From Acidobacteriota bacterium (GTDB lineage: Bacteria; Acidobacteriota; G020349885): a DNA stretch of 64,000 bases. Location of the stretch: NCBI GenBank assembly GCA_020349885.1, contig CP070701.1, positions 907,880 to 971,879 on the forward strand, in the 5' to 3' direction. Made by a program: the position numbers and the translations under genes. The notes under the pieces were generated by a model. The model made no database searches, had not been told where the DNA came from, and saw only the letters and a program-made list of their open reading frames with translations. Of the stretch, positions 49,118 through 59,468 are shown piece by piece; the stretch's first letter is position 1, and every line of letters starts with the position of its first letter.

Positions 49118-50293
49118 TTATCCGCTCGCGAACTTATTGAGGCGCTCCATCGCCTCGCGCAGGCGGTCTTCCGGAACGGCGTAGGAGATGCGGACGTAAC
49201 CGTCCATGCCGAAGTCCGCCCCCGGCACGACGGCCACGTATGCCTCCTCGAGAAGCTTTGCCGCGAACGCGTTCGACGTTTCGAGGCCCATGCGCTTCAT
49301 CACGCCTTTGACGGAGGGGAAGACGTAGAAGGCGCCCTCGGGATTCGTCGTATCGATGCCCGGCATGGCCCGGAGGGCCTGGACCACGAGGTCGCGCCGC
49401 TTGCGGTAGCCCTCGATGAGCGGAGCAAGCTCCGCCGCGGGCAGGTGCAGCGCGTCCACGGCCGCTTTTTGCACGAACGTGGCCGTGTTCGAGACGGTGT
49501 GGCTTTGCAGGTTCGCCATCGCGCTCACGAGTTCCTTGGAGCCAATGGTGTAGCCTACGCGCCAGCCGGTCATGGCGTAGGGCTTCGAGAAGGTGTGCGT
49601 GAGGAGAATGTGCTCGAGCGCGTCCGGCTCGGAAAAATGCTCCGCTAGCGAGGCAAACGTCCCTTCGTAGTCGTAGACCTCGTAGCACTCGTCGCCCACG
49701 AGGACGATGCCGCGCTCCTTGGCCAGGCGGACCAGGGCGTTCAGGTTGTCCCGCGGGATGATGCGCCCCGTGGGGTTGGAGGGGGAGTTCACGACGACGG
49801 CCTTCGTGCGCGGCGTGAGCGCGCCCTCGACGTGGCGCGCCTCAAGGACTAGTCCGGAATCCTCGGTCGAGACGACGACAGACTTCCCTTCGGCAAGCTC
49901 CACCTGCGGCGGGTACGAGACCCAATAGGGAGCGGGGACGATGACCTCGTCTCCGCGGTCGAGGAGCCCGAGGAAGTTGTGGTAGAGCGCGCCCTTGCCG
50001 CCGACGCTTATGAAAACGTTCTGAAACGAGAGCTTGCAGCCGTACTTCTTGTTGTAGTGCTCCGCGATGGCTTCGCGTAGCTCCTTGACGCCGGCGGAGG
50101 GAGGGTAGCGCGTGTGGCCTTCCTTGATGGCGCGCTCGCCGGCCTCGCACACGGCGGGGAACGTCGCGAAATCGGGCTCGCCGGGGCCTAGGCCGATGAC
50201 GTCTTTTCCCTTGGCGCGCAGCTCGCCGGCTTGGCGCTTGACTTTGAAGGTGCCGGACTCTGGGATGCTCTGGGCACGGGAGGATAGTTTCAT
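49118..50293 (-). CDS. aspC: PLP-dependent class I/II aminotransferase (aspartate aminotransferase-like)
   Basis: GEPDF, NSPSNPTG, DECY, SKPYAMTGWRVG, GAFY. Confidence 0.88.
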   Translation of the reverse strand: MKLSSRAQSIPESGTFKVKRQAGELRAKGKDVIGLGPGEPDFATFPAVCEAGERAIKEGHTRYPPSAGVKELREAIAEHYNKKYGCKLSFQNVFISVGGKGALYHNFLGLLDRGDEVIVPAPYWVSYPPQVELAEGKSVVVSTEDSGLVLEARHVEGALTPRTKAVVVNSPSNPTGRIIPRDNLNALVRLAKERGIVLVGDECYEVYDYEGTFASLAEHFSEPDALEHILLTHTFSKPYAMTGWRVGYTIGSKELVSAMANLQSHTVSNTATFVQKAAVDALHLPAAELAPLIEGYRKRRDLVVQALRAMPGIDTTNPEGAFYVFPSVKGVMKRMGLETSNAFAAKLLEEAYVAVVPGADFGMDGYVRISYAVPEDRLREAMERLNKFASG

Positions 50294-50338
50294 TGTCTTG
50301 TGTACCTTATTCGGGAATGCTCCGTGGAGAGGAGAGTT

Positions 50339-50836
50339 TCATTGGTTGGTGTACTTTTTGCGAAGCGCCCGCGCAACCACGGCGGGTACCAGGCCCTTGA
50401 CGCTTCCGCCGAGGAAGGCGATTTCCTTCACAAGGCGGCTGCTCACGTGAGTGTAATCAGTCTTGGGCATCATGAAGACGGTTTCGATGCGCGGGGCGAG
50501 GCGGCGATTCATAAGCGCCATCTGGAACTCGTACTCGAAATCGGAAATTTCCCGAAGGCCCCGCACGAGGATGTTCGAGCGCTTTCGCTTGGCGAAATCC
50601 ACAAGCAGGCCGTCGAACGCCTCGACGGAAAAATTCTGCGGCCAGCGCCGCGCGGCCCGGATCATGGCGATGCGCTCCCGGAGTGAAAAAAGCGGCTCTT
50701 TCTGCGGATTCTTCAGCACGGCCACGACGACGCGGCCGAAAATTTTGAGGCAGCGCTCCACTACGTCTATGTGTCCCATCGTGACGGGGTCGAACGAGCC
50801 GGGATAGAGGACAACCGTGCTGGCGGCTTTGGCCAT
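50339..50836 (-). CDS. coaD: Pantetheine-phosphate adenylyltransferase
   Basis: YPGSFDPVTMGH, VRGLR..SDFEYE, SSRLVKE. Confidence 0.97.
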   Translation of the reverse strand: MAKAASTVVLYPGSFDPVTMGHIDVVERCLKIFGRVVVAVLKNPQKEPLFSLRERIAMIRAARRWPQNFSVEAFDGLLVDFAKRKRSNILVRGLREISDFEYEFQMALMNRRLAPRIETVFMMPKTDYTHVSSRLVKEIAFLGGSVKGLVPAVVARALRKKYTNQ

Positions 50837-50956
50837 GGAGCATCAGTTTAGCAGAGACGCGTGAGGCGTTGCAAGCGGATTCCGGCCTCCCATACCCCGA
50901 GAAAACCGCGCAAGAAAATTTGAATGTTTTTCCCCAATGTGCTATGCTCCGTTGCC

Positions 50957-52549
50957 ATGCCCGCGTTGCGCATACTTCTGGCAGACCCGGTTTCCGCAAC
51001 CTGTGTAAAGCGCCTTTGCGAGGGGGGCGTCATCGAGACCGAGTCCATGCCCGCGAAGTCGCCGAAAGAAGCGCTCCTTAAGAAACTGAAGGAAGGCTTC
51101 GACGCGCTCGTTGTGCGGAGCGCGACGCGCGCCGACCGCGACGTCATCGAGGCGGGGGTTCCGCGGCTGCGCGCCATCGGGCGCGCCGGCGTCGGCATTG
51201 ACAACGTGGATCTCGACGCCGCCACGAGCTTCGGCGTCGCCGTGATGAACGTCCCCGACGCGAACACCGTGTCGGCCGCGGAACATACCGTGGCGCTCAT
51301 GCTCGCGCTCGCGCGCAACGTGCCGCGCGGCTGGGCCTCGTTTCAGGAGGGAAAGTGGGAGCGCTCGAAATTCACCGGCACCGAGCTCCGGGGCAAAACA
51401 CTCGGCCTCGTCGGTATGGGACGCATCGGATCGCTCGTGGCCACGGCGGCGCAGGCGCTCGGGATGCGCGTCCTCGTGCACGACCCCTACATCCCGCAAG
51501 CCCGCGCCGAGTCTCTCGGCGTCGAAATGACGGAGCTCGATGCGCTCCTCAAGGAATCCGACGTCGTCTCCCTGCACGTGCCGAAGAGCGATGCGACGCG
51601 CAATCTCATAAACGCCGAGCGCCTTGCCCTGATGAAGCCCACGGCGCGCCTGATAAACTGCGCGCGCGGCGGCGTCGTGGACGAGGAGGCTCTCTACGAC
51701 GCGATTAAAAACGACCGCCTCGCCGGCGCGGCGCTCGACGTTTACATAAAAGAGCCCCCGGAGATGAAGCCTCTTTACGGCTTGCCCAACGTGGTAACCA
51801 CGCCGCACCTTGGCGCCTCCACGAGCGAGGCGCAGGAGAAGGTGGGCGTTCAGATTGCTGAAAGATTGAGAAAATTTCTCCTCGAAGGAAGTTACGAGGA
51901 CGCCCTGAACGTTCCCTTCCGCCGCCTGCCCGAGGAGGGGAAGCCGTTTTTCGATTTGGCCGAGCGCATGGGCGCGCTGCACTTTCAGCTGATGGACGAG
52001 CCCGCTAAAAGCGTGTGCCTCGAATATTGCGGCGAGGAGATCGGCGACCTGAAGCCCTTCACGTGCGCCTATTTGAAGGGCCTGCTCAATCCCATGACCG
52101 AGGGCGGCGTCAACTGGGTGAACGCGCTTCCGCGCGCTTCGGAGCGCGGCATCGCGGTCGAGGAGATACATAGCCACAAAGACCTGGGCTACGCCAACCT
52201 GATGCGCGTGACGTTTACCGGTGAGGCGGGCGCGAAACACGTGCTCGCGGGCTGCGTTTTTGAACAGTCCTTGCTTCGATTGGTGGAGATAAGCGGCTAT
52301 CGCGTGGATGTCGAGCCGAGAGGGGTTCTCCTTTTGGTCGAAAACCAGGACGTGCCCGGCTCCCTGGGAAGCGTGGCCTCTCTCCTCGGAAAGCACGAAA
52401 TCAACATCGGCGAGTGCCGCTTCGGGCGCAAGGAGCGCTCCGGGTCGGCCCTCACCGTTCTCGCGCTCGATGAGGAGGCCCCCGAGAACGTCCTCGCCGC
52501 CCTGAAAAAACTTCCCACCGTTCAAAGCGTGCGCCAAGTGCGGCTGTAA
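50957..52549 (+). CDS. serA: D-3-phosphoglycerate dehydrogenase (with ASB and ACT domains)
   Basis: GRAGVGIDNVD, GMGRIG, NCARGG, TPHLGAST.EAQ, C-terminal ACT. Confidence 0.95.
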   Translation: MPALRILLADPVSATCVKRLCEGGVIETESMPAKSPKEALLKKLKEGFDALVVRSATRADRDVIEAGVPRLRAIGRAGVGIDNVDLDAATSFGVAVMNVPDANTVSAAEHTVALMLALARNVPRGWASFQEGKWERSKFTGTELRGKTLGLVGMGRIGSLVATAAQALGMRVLVHDPYIPQARAESLGVEMTELDALLKESDVVSLHVPKSDATRNLINAERLALMKPTARLINCARGGVVDEEALYDAIKNDRLAGAALDVYIKEPPEMKPLYGLPNVVTTPHLGASTSEAQEKVGVQIAERLRKFLLEGSYEDALNVPFRRLPEEGKPFFDLAERMGALHFQLMDEPAKSVCLEYCGEEIGDLKPFTCAYLKGLLNPMTEGGVNWVNALPRASERGIAVEEIHSHKDLGYANLMRVTFTGEAGAKHVLAGCVFEQSLLRLVEISGYRVDVEPRGVLLLVENQDVPGSLGSVASLLGKHEINIGECRFGRKERSGSALTVLALDEEAPENVLAALKKLPTVQSVRQVRL

Positions 52550-52732
52550 GAGAGCCACCGGCCGGTTAGGGATAAAAGCTGTTCGGCAACCCTTCCTGCG
52601 GACAGGAAGCACTCCGGCCACCACCTCTCCTCAAGCGTCCATCCCATGGGGTTTTGCAAATTGTTTCTGCTATACTTAAACGCCGCGGCCGAACAGGCCT
52701 GTGTTTTTCAAGGATTTCACATTATCTTCGGC

Positions 52733-53923
52733 ATGAACGGTCCTCTCGAAGGCATACGGGTGCTTGATCTCTCCAAGGTCCTTGCGGGACCCTATTGTTC
52801 GATGATGTTAGGCGACCACGGGGCGGACGTCATAAAGGTAGAAAGGCCGGAAAAAGGAGACGAGACGAGATCCTGGGGCCCGCCTTTCGCGGACGGCGAG
52901 AGTGCGTATTTTCTCTGCGTGAACAGGAACAAGCGCTCCATCACCATTGACCTTGGGAAGAAAGAGGGAGTTGAGATTGCAAGGAGGCTCGCGAAGATAT
53001 CGGATGTCCTGGTGGAGAATTTTGTTCCGGGCACCATGGAAAGGTTCGGCCTCGGCTACGAGGAGCTCAAGAACATCAACCCGCGCCTCATCTTCTGCTC
53101 GATTACGGGGTTCGGGCCTGACGGGCCCTACCGCGACAGGGCGGGCTACGACCTCGTGGTGTCCAGCTTGGGAGGGCTCATGAGCATAACCGGCCCTCCG
53201 GACGGCCCGCCCTGCAAGGTCGGCGTCGCGATTACGGACGTATGCACGGGCATCTACGCCTACGGAGCGATATGCTCGGCGCTCCACGAGCGCAACCGCA
53301 CGGGTGTGGGGAAAAGGATCGATCTCTCGCTTCTCGATGTCCAGGTTGCAACGCTCGTCAATATGGGGAGTTCCTATCTCGTATCGGGCGAGATTCCAGC
53401 GAGATGGGGCGCCTCGCACGAGACGATCGTTCCCTACCAGACATTCATGGCAAAGGACCGCTACGTCACCATCTCGGTGGGGAACGACGGCCTGTGGGCG
53501 AAGTTCTGCAAAATTCTCGGAAAGGACGACTGGACGGACGACCCCAGGTACAGGACGAACGACCTGAGGGTCAGGAACAGAAAGGATCTCATTCCTCTGA
53601 TCGAGGAGGAGGTGGCCAAAAGGACATGCGGCGAGTGGGTAGAAATTCTCTCCGGGGAAGGGATTCCCTGCGCGCCCCTGAACACGATAGACGAGGTTTT
53701 TCAAGACCCCCAAGTGCTCCATCGCAAGATGCTCATTGAGGTGAACCACCCGAAAGCCGGCAAGGTGAAGCTGGCGGGGATTCCCGTAAAATATTCCGAC
53801 GGCGAGCTCGGAGTGCGCCTTCCTCCCCCGACCCTGGGCGAGCACACGCGGGAGGTGCTTTCCGGGCTCCTCGGTTACGACGATGATGAGGTGAAGGAAC
53901 TTGCGAAACGACAAGCCATATAG
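52733..53923 (+). CDS. CaiB/BaiF family III CoA-transferase
   Basis: PLEGIRVLDLS, GADVIKVE, NRNKRS, ENF.PG, GYD, PP.LGEHT. Confidence 0.93.
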   Translation: MNGPLEGIRVLDLSKVLAGPYCSMMLGDHGADVIKVERPEKGDETRSWGPPFADGESAYFLCVNRNKRSITIDLGKKEGVEIARRLAKISDVLVENFVPGTMERFGLGYEELKNINPRLIFCSITGFGPDGPYRDRAGYDLVVSSLGGLMSITGPPDGPPCKVGVAITDVCTGIYAYGAICSALHERNRTGVGKRIDLSLLDVQVATLVNMGSSYLVSGEIPARWGASHETIVPYQTFMAKDRYVTISVGNDGLWAKFCKILGKDDWTDDPRYRTNDLRVRNRKDLIPLIEEEVAKRTCGEWVEILSGEGIPCAPLNTIDEVFQDPQVLHRKMLIEVNHPKAGKVKLAGIPVKYSDGELGVRLPPPTLGEHTREVLSGLLGYDDDEVKELAKRQAI

Positions 53924-53962
53924 TGTCGGCGCCGCGAGCCCTGAAAGGGAAAGGAGACACCC

Positions 53963-55705
53963 ATGCCGCTTGAGACGCTGAACGAGTGCCTGCGCTCCGG
54001 CGTGAGCCGGTTCCTGAAAGACGACGCCTTCCTCGGGGTGAACGCCGCGGGGGAGGTCTACGCCGTTTCCTCGCGCGATTTCTACCACCGCGCGCGCCTT
54101 GCGACGCTCGGCCTGAACGCGATGGAGATTCAAAAAGGCGACCGCGTGGCGCTCATTTCCGAGAATCGCTTCGAGTGGGCGCTTGTGGACCTGGCCGTTC
54201 TGAACGCCGGTGCCGTCACGGTGCCGCTCTACACGAACGCCTCCAGGGAGCAGACTCAATATATATTGAAGGACTCTGGCGCGAAGGCCGCCGCCGTCTC
54301 GAAGGGTCCGCTGTTGGAGAAGATTCTCGAAGCCGGGGCGAATCTTCCGGACCTGAAACACATCGTCACGTTCGAAAGGACGGGCAGGGAGGACGGGCAG
54401 ACCATCCTCCACCTGAGCGACCTCGAAGCGAAGGGGGCACCGGTCTGGGAGCAGAACCAGGACTTGCATCGCCAGCTTCTCGAAGCCCCGAAGGCCGAAG
54501 ACCTTGCCACCATCGTCTACACCTCCGGCACGACGGGCGAGCCCAAGGGCGTCATGCTGACGCAGGGCAACCTCGCCTCGAACGTCCTGGCCTGTGCCGA
54601 CCGGGTGGAGTTTCGCTCCTCCGACCGCGCGCTTTCCTTTCTTCCCCTCAGCCACATTTTCGAGCGGCTGCTCGACTACCTCTATTTCTTCTCGGGCGTG
54701 AGCATCGTCCACGTTCCCGACCCGTTTCAGTTGCGGGAGTGCGTGAAGAAAACACGGCCTACCATTTTCACGGCGGTTCCGCGCTTCTACGAAAAGCTCC
54801 ACGACGAGATTCTCGACCGCGCCTCCTCGAATTTTCTCAAAAGGGCGCTCGCGCGGTGGAGCTTCAAGACCGGACAGCGGTACGCCGAGGCGGTCCTCGG
54901 CGGCGCCGCTCCCCCGGCGGGGCTCGCGCTCCGCTACCGCCTGGCCGACGCGATCACCTTTTCGCGCATCCGCAGGGCCTTCGGCCCCGTGCGCCTCATG
55001 ATCTCGGGCGGCGCGCCACTTTCGCCGGAGCTCGGGAAATTCTTCTACGCCGCGGGCATGTGCCTCACCGAGGGCTACGGCCTGACGGAAACCTCGCCCG
55101 TCATTTCCCAGAGCCCGCTGGAGCACCCCAAATACGGCACCGTGGGGACGCCTCTCCGCGGCGTCGAGGTCAGGATCGCCGAAGACGGCGAGCTCCTGGT
55201 GAAGGGCCCCAACGTGATGCCCGGCTATTGGAACAAGGAAGAGGCCACGAAGAGGGCCTTAACGGAGGACGGCTGGCTCCGCACGGGCGACCTCGCCGCG
55301 CTCGACGGGGACGGCTACCTCAGCATCACGGGCCGCAAGAAGGACATCATCGTGACGGCGGCAGGGAAGAACGTCGCGCCGCAGGCCATCGAGGCGCTCC
55401 TCAAGCGCAGCCCCTACATCGAGCAGGCCGTCGCGGTCGGCGACAAGAGGAAATTCATCGTGGCGCTCATCGTTCCAAGCGCCCAGGCGCTTGAAGGAAA
55501 AAGCGCCTCCGAGGCGCACCAGGCCATCGAGCGGGACGCCGCGCGGCACATGGCCGGGCTCTCTGACTACGAGCGCGTGAGACGCTTCGCGTTTCTGGAA
55601 AAGCCCCTCAGCGTGGAGGACGGAACGCTCACGCCCACGTTCAAGGTGCGCCGCCACGCCGTGGAGGAGAAATACAAGGACGTGATCGAGAGGCTGTACA
55701 AGTAG
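53963..55705 (+). CDS. Long-chain fatty acid--CoA ligase
   Basis: YTSGTTGEPKG, FLPLSHIFER, EGYGLTET, RTGDL, GRKKD, LTPTFKVRR. Confidence 0.93.
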   Translation: MPLETLNECLRSGVSRFLKDDAFLGVNAAGEVYAVSSRDFYHRARLATLGLNAMEIQKGDRVALISENRFEWALVDLAVLNAGAVTVPLYTNASREQTQYILKDSGAKAAAVSKGPLLEKILEAGANLPDLKHIVTFERTGREDGQTILHLSDLEAKGAPVWEQNQDLHRQLLEAPKAEDLATIVYTSGTTGEPKGVMLTQGNLASNVLACADRVEFRSSDRALSFLPLSHIFERLLDYLYFFSGVSIVHVPDPFQLRECVKKTRPTIFTAVPRFYEKLHDEILDRASSNFLKRALARWSFKTGQRYAEAVLGGAAPPAGLALRYRLADAITFSRIRRAFGPVRLMISGGAPLSPELGKFFYAAGMCLTEGYGLTETSPVISQSPLEHPKYGTVGTPLRGVEVRIAEDGELLVKGPNVMPGYWNKEEATKRALTEDGWLRTGDLAALDGDGYLSITGRKKDIIVTAAGKNVAPQAIEALLKRSPYIEQAVAVGDKRKFIVALIVPSAQALEGKSASEAHQAIERDAARHMAGLSDYERVRRFAFLEKPLSVEDGTLTPTFKVRRHAVEEKYKDVIERLYK

Positions 55706-55710
55706 CAACT

Positions 55711-55799
55711 AGTAAGGAGTAAGGAACAAGAAGCAAGGAGCGATTCGCCGAACGCCGACGGCTAATCCCTAAACCCTGACCCCTGATACCCGGCCCCTG
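55711..55799. repeat. Two short heptamer tandem arrays
   Basis: AGTAAGG AGTAAGG AACAAGA AGCAAGG and CTAATCC CTAAACC CTGACCC CTGATAC CCGGCCC between convergent stops. Confidence 0.55.
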
Positions 55800-55807
55800 G
55801 CTGCTGG

Positions 55808-57025
55808 CTACTCTTTCCCCCCTTTTTCTTCTTGAAGAAATTCCAGGAAGCGCGCGACCTCGACCGAGTCCGAATCGCACTGCTTGAGGAGGGTTTTGAG
55901 GGCCCGGTGCGCTCTTCGCTCGACCACCTCGTTCCGCTCCGCGCGTGCCATGCGCCAAAGGTAGTAGTGGTTCACGAAGCGGATGTCGGGATAGCCGTGC
56001 CGGACGGCCATGAGCTCGCTCTTGTGGAAGTAGTCCTTGGCCGCTTCGTAGCCCTCCTGCTCGTAGTGCCCCTTGCCGAGGCCGCTGAGTGCGAGGGCGG
56101 TGTAGCGGTGGTGGTTGAGCTTCTCGCTCAGCTTGAGTGCGTCGTGGAGATTGCGGTATCCCTTGCGCCCCTGGGCGTTGAGGATGTAGCTATGGCCCAG
56201 GTTCATGAGCACCACCACGCGCTGCGCCTGCTTGTCCTTGGTCTTCTTGAAAAAATCCAGCGACAGGCTGTAGTGCTCGATCGCCCGCCCGAGCAGGAAC
56301 GAGTCCGAGCGCTCGCGGTGCTCGTAGAGGTCGTAATCCAGGTCACCGAGGGTGTTCAGGATGGCGCCCTGGTGCTCCGAGTCATCGTGGACCTCCGTCA
56401 GGGCCAGGGCCTGGAGCGCCATGGCGCGCGACATCTCGAAGTTTCCCATCTGCCGGAACACGGCCGAGAGGTTGCTGTACGCCTGCACCCTCGAAGAATC
56501 GTCGAGCTCGAACAGGCCTAGCACCCTCTCGAACTCGTCGCGCGCCCACTGGAGTTTTCCCATCTTCCACAGACACTCCGCCTTCCGGTTGCGGAGGAGG
56601 GCCGCGTGGGCGGGCTCCGCGGGGAAAGAGAGCGCCTCCTCGAGATAGGCGTACGCCTGCGCGTAGTCGCCCGCCTGGAACGCCCCGTCCGCCCGCTTCT
56701 CGAGCACCCCTGGGCTCTTCTCGCCGGGGACCGTTTTCGGCTGCCGGTCAAGGTCGATGAGGTCGAGGAAGCGCTGCGGATGCACGTGATAGATCTTGGC
56801 CAGCGTGATGAGCTTGGGGGCGGAGGGAATGACGTTGCCATTCTCGGCGTCGGCGAGCAGAGAGGCCGAAACGACCTCGCCGTACTGCTGCGCTTCGTCG
56901 GTCACCTCCCGCAGCGTCTTATGGTGCGCCGAGCGAAGCATCTTCAGATAGAGCCCCATGCGGGACTTGTGCTCCCCCTCCTCACCGGCCCTCCGCGCGG
57001 CTTCAAACAAGTGCTTGTCCACCAT
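55808..57025 (-). CDS. XRE-type HTH plus TPR transcriptional regulator
   Basis: LKMLR...TLREV...SASLLADAENG..IPS.PKLITLAKIY HTH followed by ~7 helical TPR-like repeats; AAGGAG RBS. Confidence 0.82.
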   Translation of the reverse strand: MVDKHLFEAARRAGEEGEHKSRMGLYLKMLRSAHHKTLREVTDEAQQYGEVVSASLLADAENGNVIPSAPKLITLAKIYHVHPQRFLDLIDLDRQPKTVPGEKSPGVLEKRADGAFQAGDYAQAYAYLEEALSFPAEPAHAALLRNRKAECLWKMGKLQWARDEFERVLGLFELDDSSRVQAYSNLSAVFRQMGNFEMSRAMALQALALTEVHDDSEHQGAILNTLGDLDYDLYEHRERSDSFLLGRAIEHYSLSLDFFKKTKDKQAQRVVVLMNLGHSYILNAQGRKGYRNLHDALKLSEKLNHHRYTALALSGLGKGHYEQEGYEAAKDYFHKSELMAVRHGYPDIRFVNHYYLWRMARAERNEVVERRAHRALKTLLKQCDSDSVEVARFLEFLQEEKGGKE

Positions 57026-57171
57026 ACCCCTTCTCCTTTATCCTTGTCTTCCGCGTTTCCAGTTGGAGCTTCCCCCGGGCTTGGACGGTGCCCCTGCGGG
57101 ACGTGCGCTCCCCCTCCGCACCGGCCCTCCGTATGGCTTCAAACAAACAAGTGCTTGTCTATCGCACCCCT
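56969..57171. repeat. ~63-bp imperfect direct repeat (56969-57031 and 57105-57171), each copy carrying an ACAAG-nn-CTTGT palindrome
   Basis: GCTCCCCCTCC.CACCGGCCCTCCG...GGCTTCAAACAA(ACAA)GTGCTTGTC.A.C..ACCCCT occurs twice. Confidence 0.85.
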
Positions 57172-57185
57172 TTTTTTACCTCTTA

Positions 57186-57215
57186 TAGTGTAAGACAAAA
57201 CGCGGCGTTTGTCAA
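57186..57215 (-). promoter_or_regulatory. Sigma70-type promoter of the HTH-TPR gene
   Basis: TTGACA-17 nt-TACACT. Confidence 0.6.
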
Positions 57216-57475
57216 GTGATTCCCCCGTGCCCCCGGTATGGGTCGGCCCGTCCATATCAGGGGGATAATTGACGAATATTTTGTTGAAATTGAAAGTTGT
57301 GGTAATATGTCCCGCTTCGTCCCACGGGAGCCACGGCGCACCGATGGAACGGCGCGGATGAAAATATTTAAGGATTAAATTTGGAATTTGTGATACTATG
57401 CTTTCCTTCGTTCGACGGAAGCCCCGGGGCTCCGCCGGGACGGCACGGATGAAAACAGTAAAGAGATAGCAGGAA

Positions 57476-58378
57476 ATGTTCAGCGACCATTTTTGGCTGG
57501 AGACCACGTTTCTCGCGTTTTTCCTCTACGGAATTGGTCAGGGACTGCTCAAGCAGTACGTCGGGGACGTATCGGCCTATCGTTTCTGCCTGTACGCCGT
57601 GCCGACGTACTTCCTGGCGGACGCGGTTTTTTATTTGTTATATATGCCCTCACCCAACCCGTTTGCCGCCGAGGGGCGCCAGTTTATGTATTACGCGCTG
57701 ACGCTCTGCCTCCTGGAGGGCGTGGCCTATGTCTGTTATTACGAGTCCATTGCGGGCGGCCTCATCAGCATTGTCGGGACGGTTTCCGCCGCCTATCCGG
57801 CCGTGACCGTCGTGTATGCCTATTTTATTTTGGACGAAACCTTGTCCACCAAACAATACATCGGGGTCTTTATGGTGATCGCCGGGTGCATCGGCATCGC
57901 GTACGAGCCTTCCGACCCAGACCAAAAGGTCTCGAAGCGCCGAGTTCTGGGAATGCCGGTATGGTTCTTACAGGCCCTGATTGCCGCGCTCGGATGGGGG
58001 ATCGGGGCAGGGATGACGAGATACGCCTTCGAGTATACGGAAAATGCGAGCGAGGGCAATATGGCGTTGTTCGGTTTCATCGGCTATTGCCTCCCGCTGG
58101 CCGTGTATGGCGCGTACAAGGAAAAGGATTGGAAATTCCCGAAAAGGCAGATGGCGCTCGCCTTTACGCCCCTGATGATGATAGCCATCGGCGACGTGAT
58201 ACTCATCATTTCCTACAAATATGGCCTGGCTTCTATCGTGACGCCTGTGTCGGGCGCGTATCCGGCGCTGACGATAGTGTATGCGTTCTTCGTTCTCAAG
58301 GAGAAGCTCACGCCCCTTCAGTGGGTGTTCGTCACGATAATTTTCGTCGGCATGCTCATGGCCCCGGGCGCGGAATAG
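57476..58378 (+). CDS. EamA/DMT family transporter, copy 1
   Basis: ~300 aa, ~10 TM, internal duplication (G.ISIVG.VSAAYP...ILDE / G.ASIVTPVSGAYP...LKE). Confidence 0.9.
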   Translation: MFSDHFWLETTFLAFFLYGIGQGLLKQYVGDVSAYRFCLYAVPTYFLADAVFYLLYMPSPNPFAAEGRQFMYYALTLCLLEGVAYVCYYESIAGGLISIVGTVSAAYPAVTVVYAYFILDETLSTKQYIGVFMVIAGCIGIAYEPSDPDQKVSKRRVLGMPVWFLQALIAALGWGIGAGMTRYAFEYTENASEGNMALFGFIGYCLPLAVYGAYKEKDWKFPKRQMALAFTPLMMIAIGDVILIISYKYGLASIVTPVSGAYPALTIVYAFFVLKEKLTPLQWVFVTIIFVGMLMAPGAE

Positions 58379-58502
58379 CCGACGCGACCCGCCCAAATTT
58401 TCAGCCGAAGCTTGCGAATTATCCTTCCTTAAATTGCAGCGGGCGGCACATGAACCGCCCGCTACAACCACAAACGGTTGGTCTATATTTTCAAAGGCGG
58501 GG

Positions 58503-59468
58503 CTAACCCTTCACCACGGGCGCGATGGCCTTGATGTGCTTGGGCTCGCTCGAGCAGCACCCCCCGATGATCTGGGCGCCCATCTTCTTCCACTCGCGGG
58601 CGTACTCGGCGTATTTTTCCGGGGTGATCCCCCGGATCCCGTGGAGCCAGAACTTTTCGTCGGGCGAGGTGCCGTACTTGGGATTTTCGTAATACCCTAA
58701 TTCAGCGTAGGCGCCGATGGGCCCGGCGAAGGCCTTGCGCAGCTCGGGCAGGCTGGCCGTAACCTCGTCGGGGTCGCAGCACATCAGGAAGATGCCGTCC
58801 ACCCTGTGGCCCTTGAGCGCCGCGACGAGTTCGGCGTAGGTCTCTCCGTGCATCATCTTTCCGTCTTTCTTCCCGTCGGTTGCGATGTTCAGCCCGAGGA
58901 ACACGGGAAGCTTCGTCTTTGCGCAGGCGTCCACGGCCGTCACGCAGTCCTTGATCGGGGTCTCGTGCACGATTTCCCCCGCCATGTACTCGGGAAGCAT
59001 AAAGTCCACGCCCGCCTCGGCGAGGATGCGGGATATGGCCTCGAACTCCTGGCCGAGATCGCTGCCGCAGTCTTCGTTTACGTTCTGGTATCCGAAGGTG
59101 GGGGCGATGCCGCCCGCAACGTACGCTTCGGGATTGACGGCGTCACGGGCCGCGACGGCCAGCTCACCGCCCCGCCGCACGTACTCCTCCCATCGGTTCT
59201 GCTCGCCGATCATAGACAGCATCCCCTTGCTCGTAAAGAAATTGTTGCTGATGATGATCTCGGCTCCGACCTTGAGGTAATCCTCGTGGATCGCCCGGAC
59301 GACATCCGGGGCGTCGAGGTTCGCGGCGGCCGACCACACGCCGAGCTTATCGACGGAGCAGCCCTTGTCCACGTCGACTCCGCGCCTTTGTAGCTCGCTC
59401 CCCATGGCCCCGTCCATAACTATATACTCGCCGGCCTTAAGCCGATCGACAATGCTTCGCGATGGCAT
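58503..59468 (-). CDS. Homocysteine S-methyltransferase family protein
   Basis: DGAMGSEL, HEDYL..GA, Zn-ligand Cys in FLMCC and IIGGCC; TTGACA-17-CATACT promoter upstream. Confidence 0.9.
   Translation of the reverse strand: MPSRSIVDRLKAGEYIVMDGAMGSELQRRGVDVDKGCSVDKLGVWSAAANLDAPDVVRAIHEDYLKVGAEIIISNNFFTSKGMLSMIGEQNRWEEYVRRGGELAVAARDAVNPEAYVAGGIAPTFGYQNVNEDCGSDLGQEFEAISRILAEAGVDFMLPEYMAGEIVHETPIKDCVTAVDACAKTKLPVFLGLNIATDGKKDGKMMHGETYAELVAALKGHRVDGIFLMCCDPDEVTASLPELRKAFAGPIGAYAELGYYENPKYGTSPDEKFWLHGIRGITPEKYAEYAREWKKMGAQIIGGCCSSEPKHIKAIAPVVKG

Noticed and set aside
52808-55126. Long antisense or alternate-frame ORFs (e.g. 772 aa here, 21653..23656, 2997..4607, 50942..52624)
   Set aside because: Shadow ORFs of GC-rich genes with no recognisable motifs
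55706-57475. Cognate signalling-peptide ORF for the HTH-TPR regulator
   Set aside because: No small ORF with an RBS and signal-peptide character found on either flank
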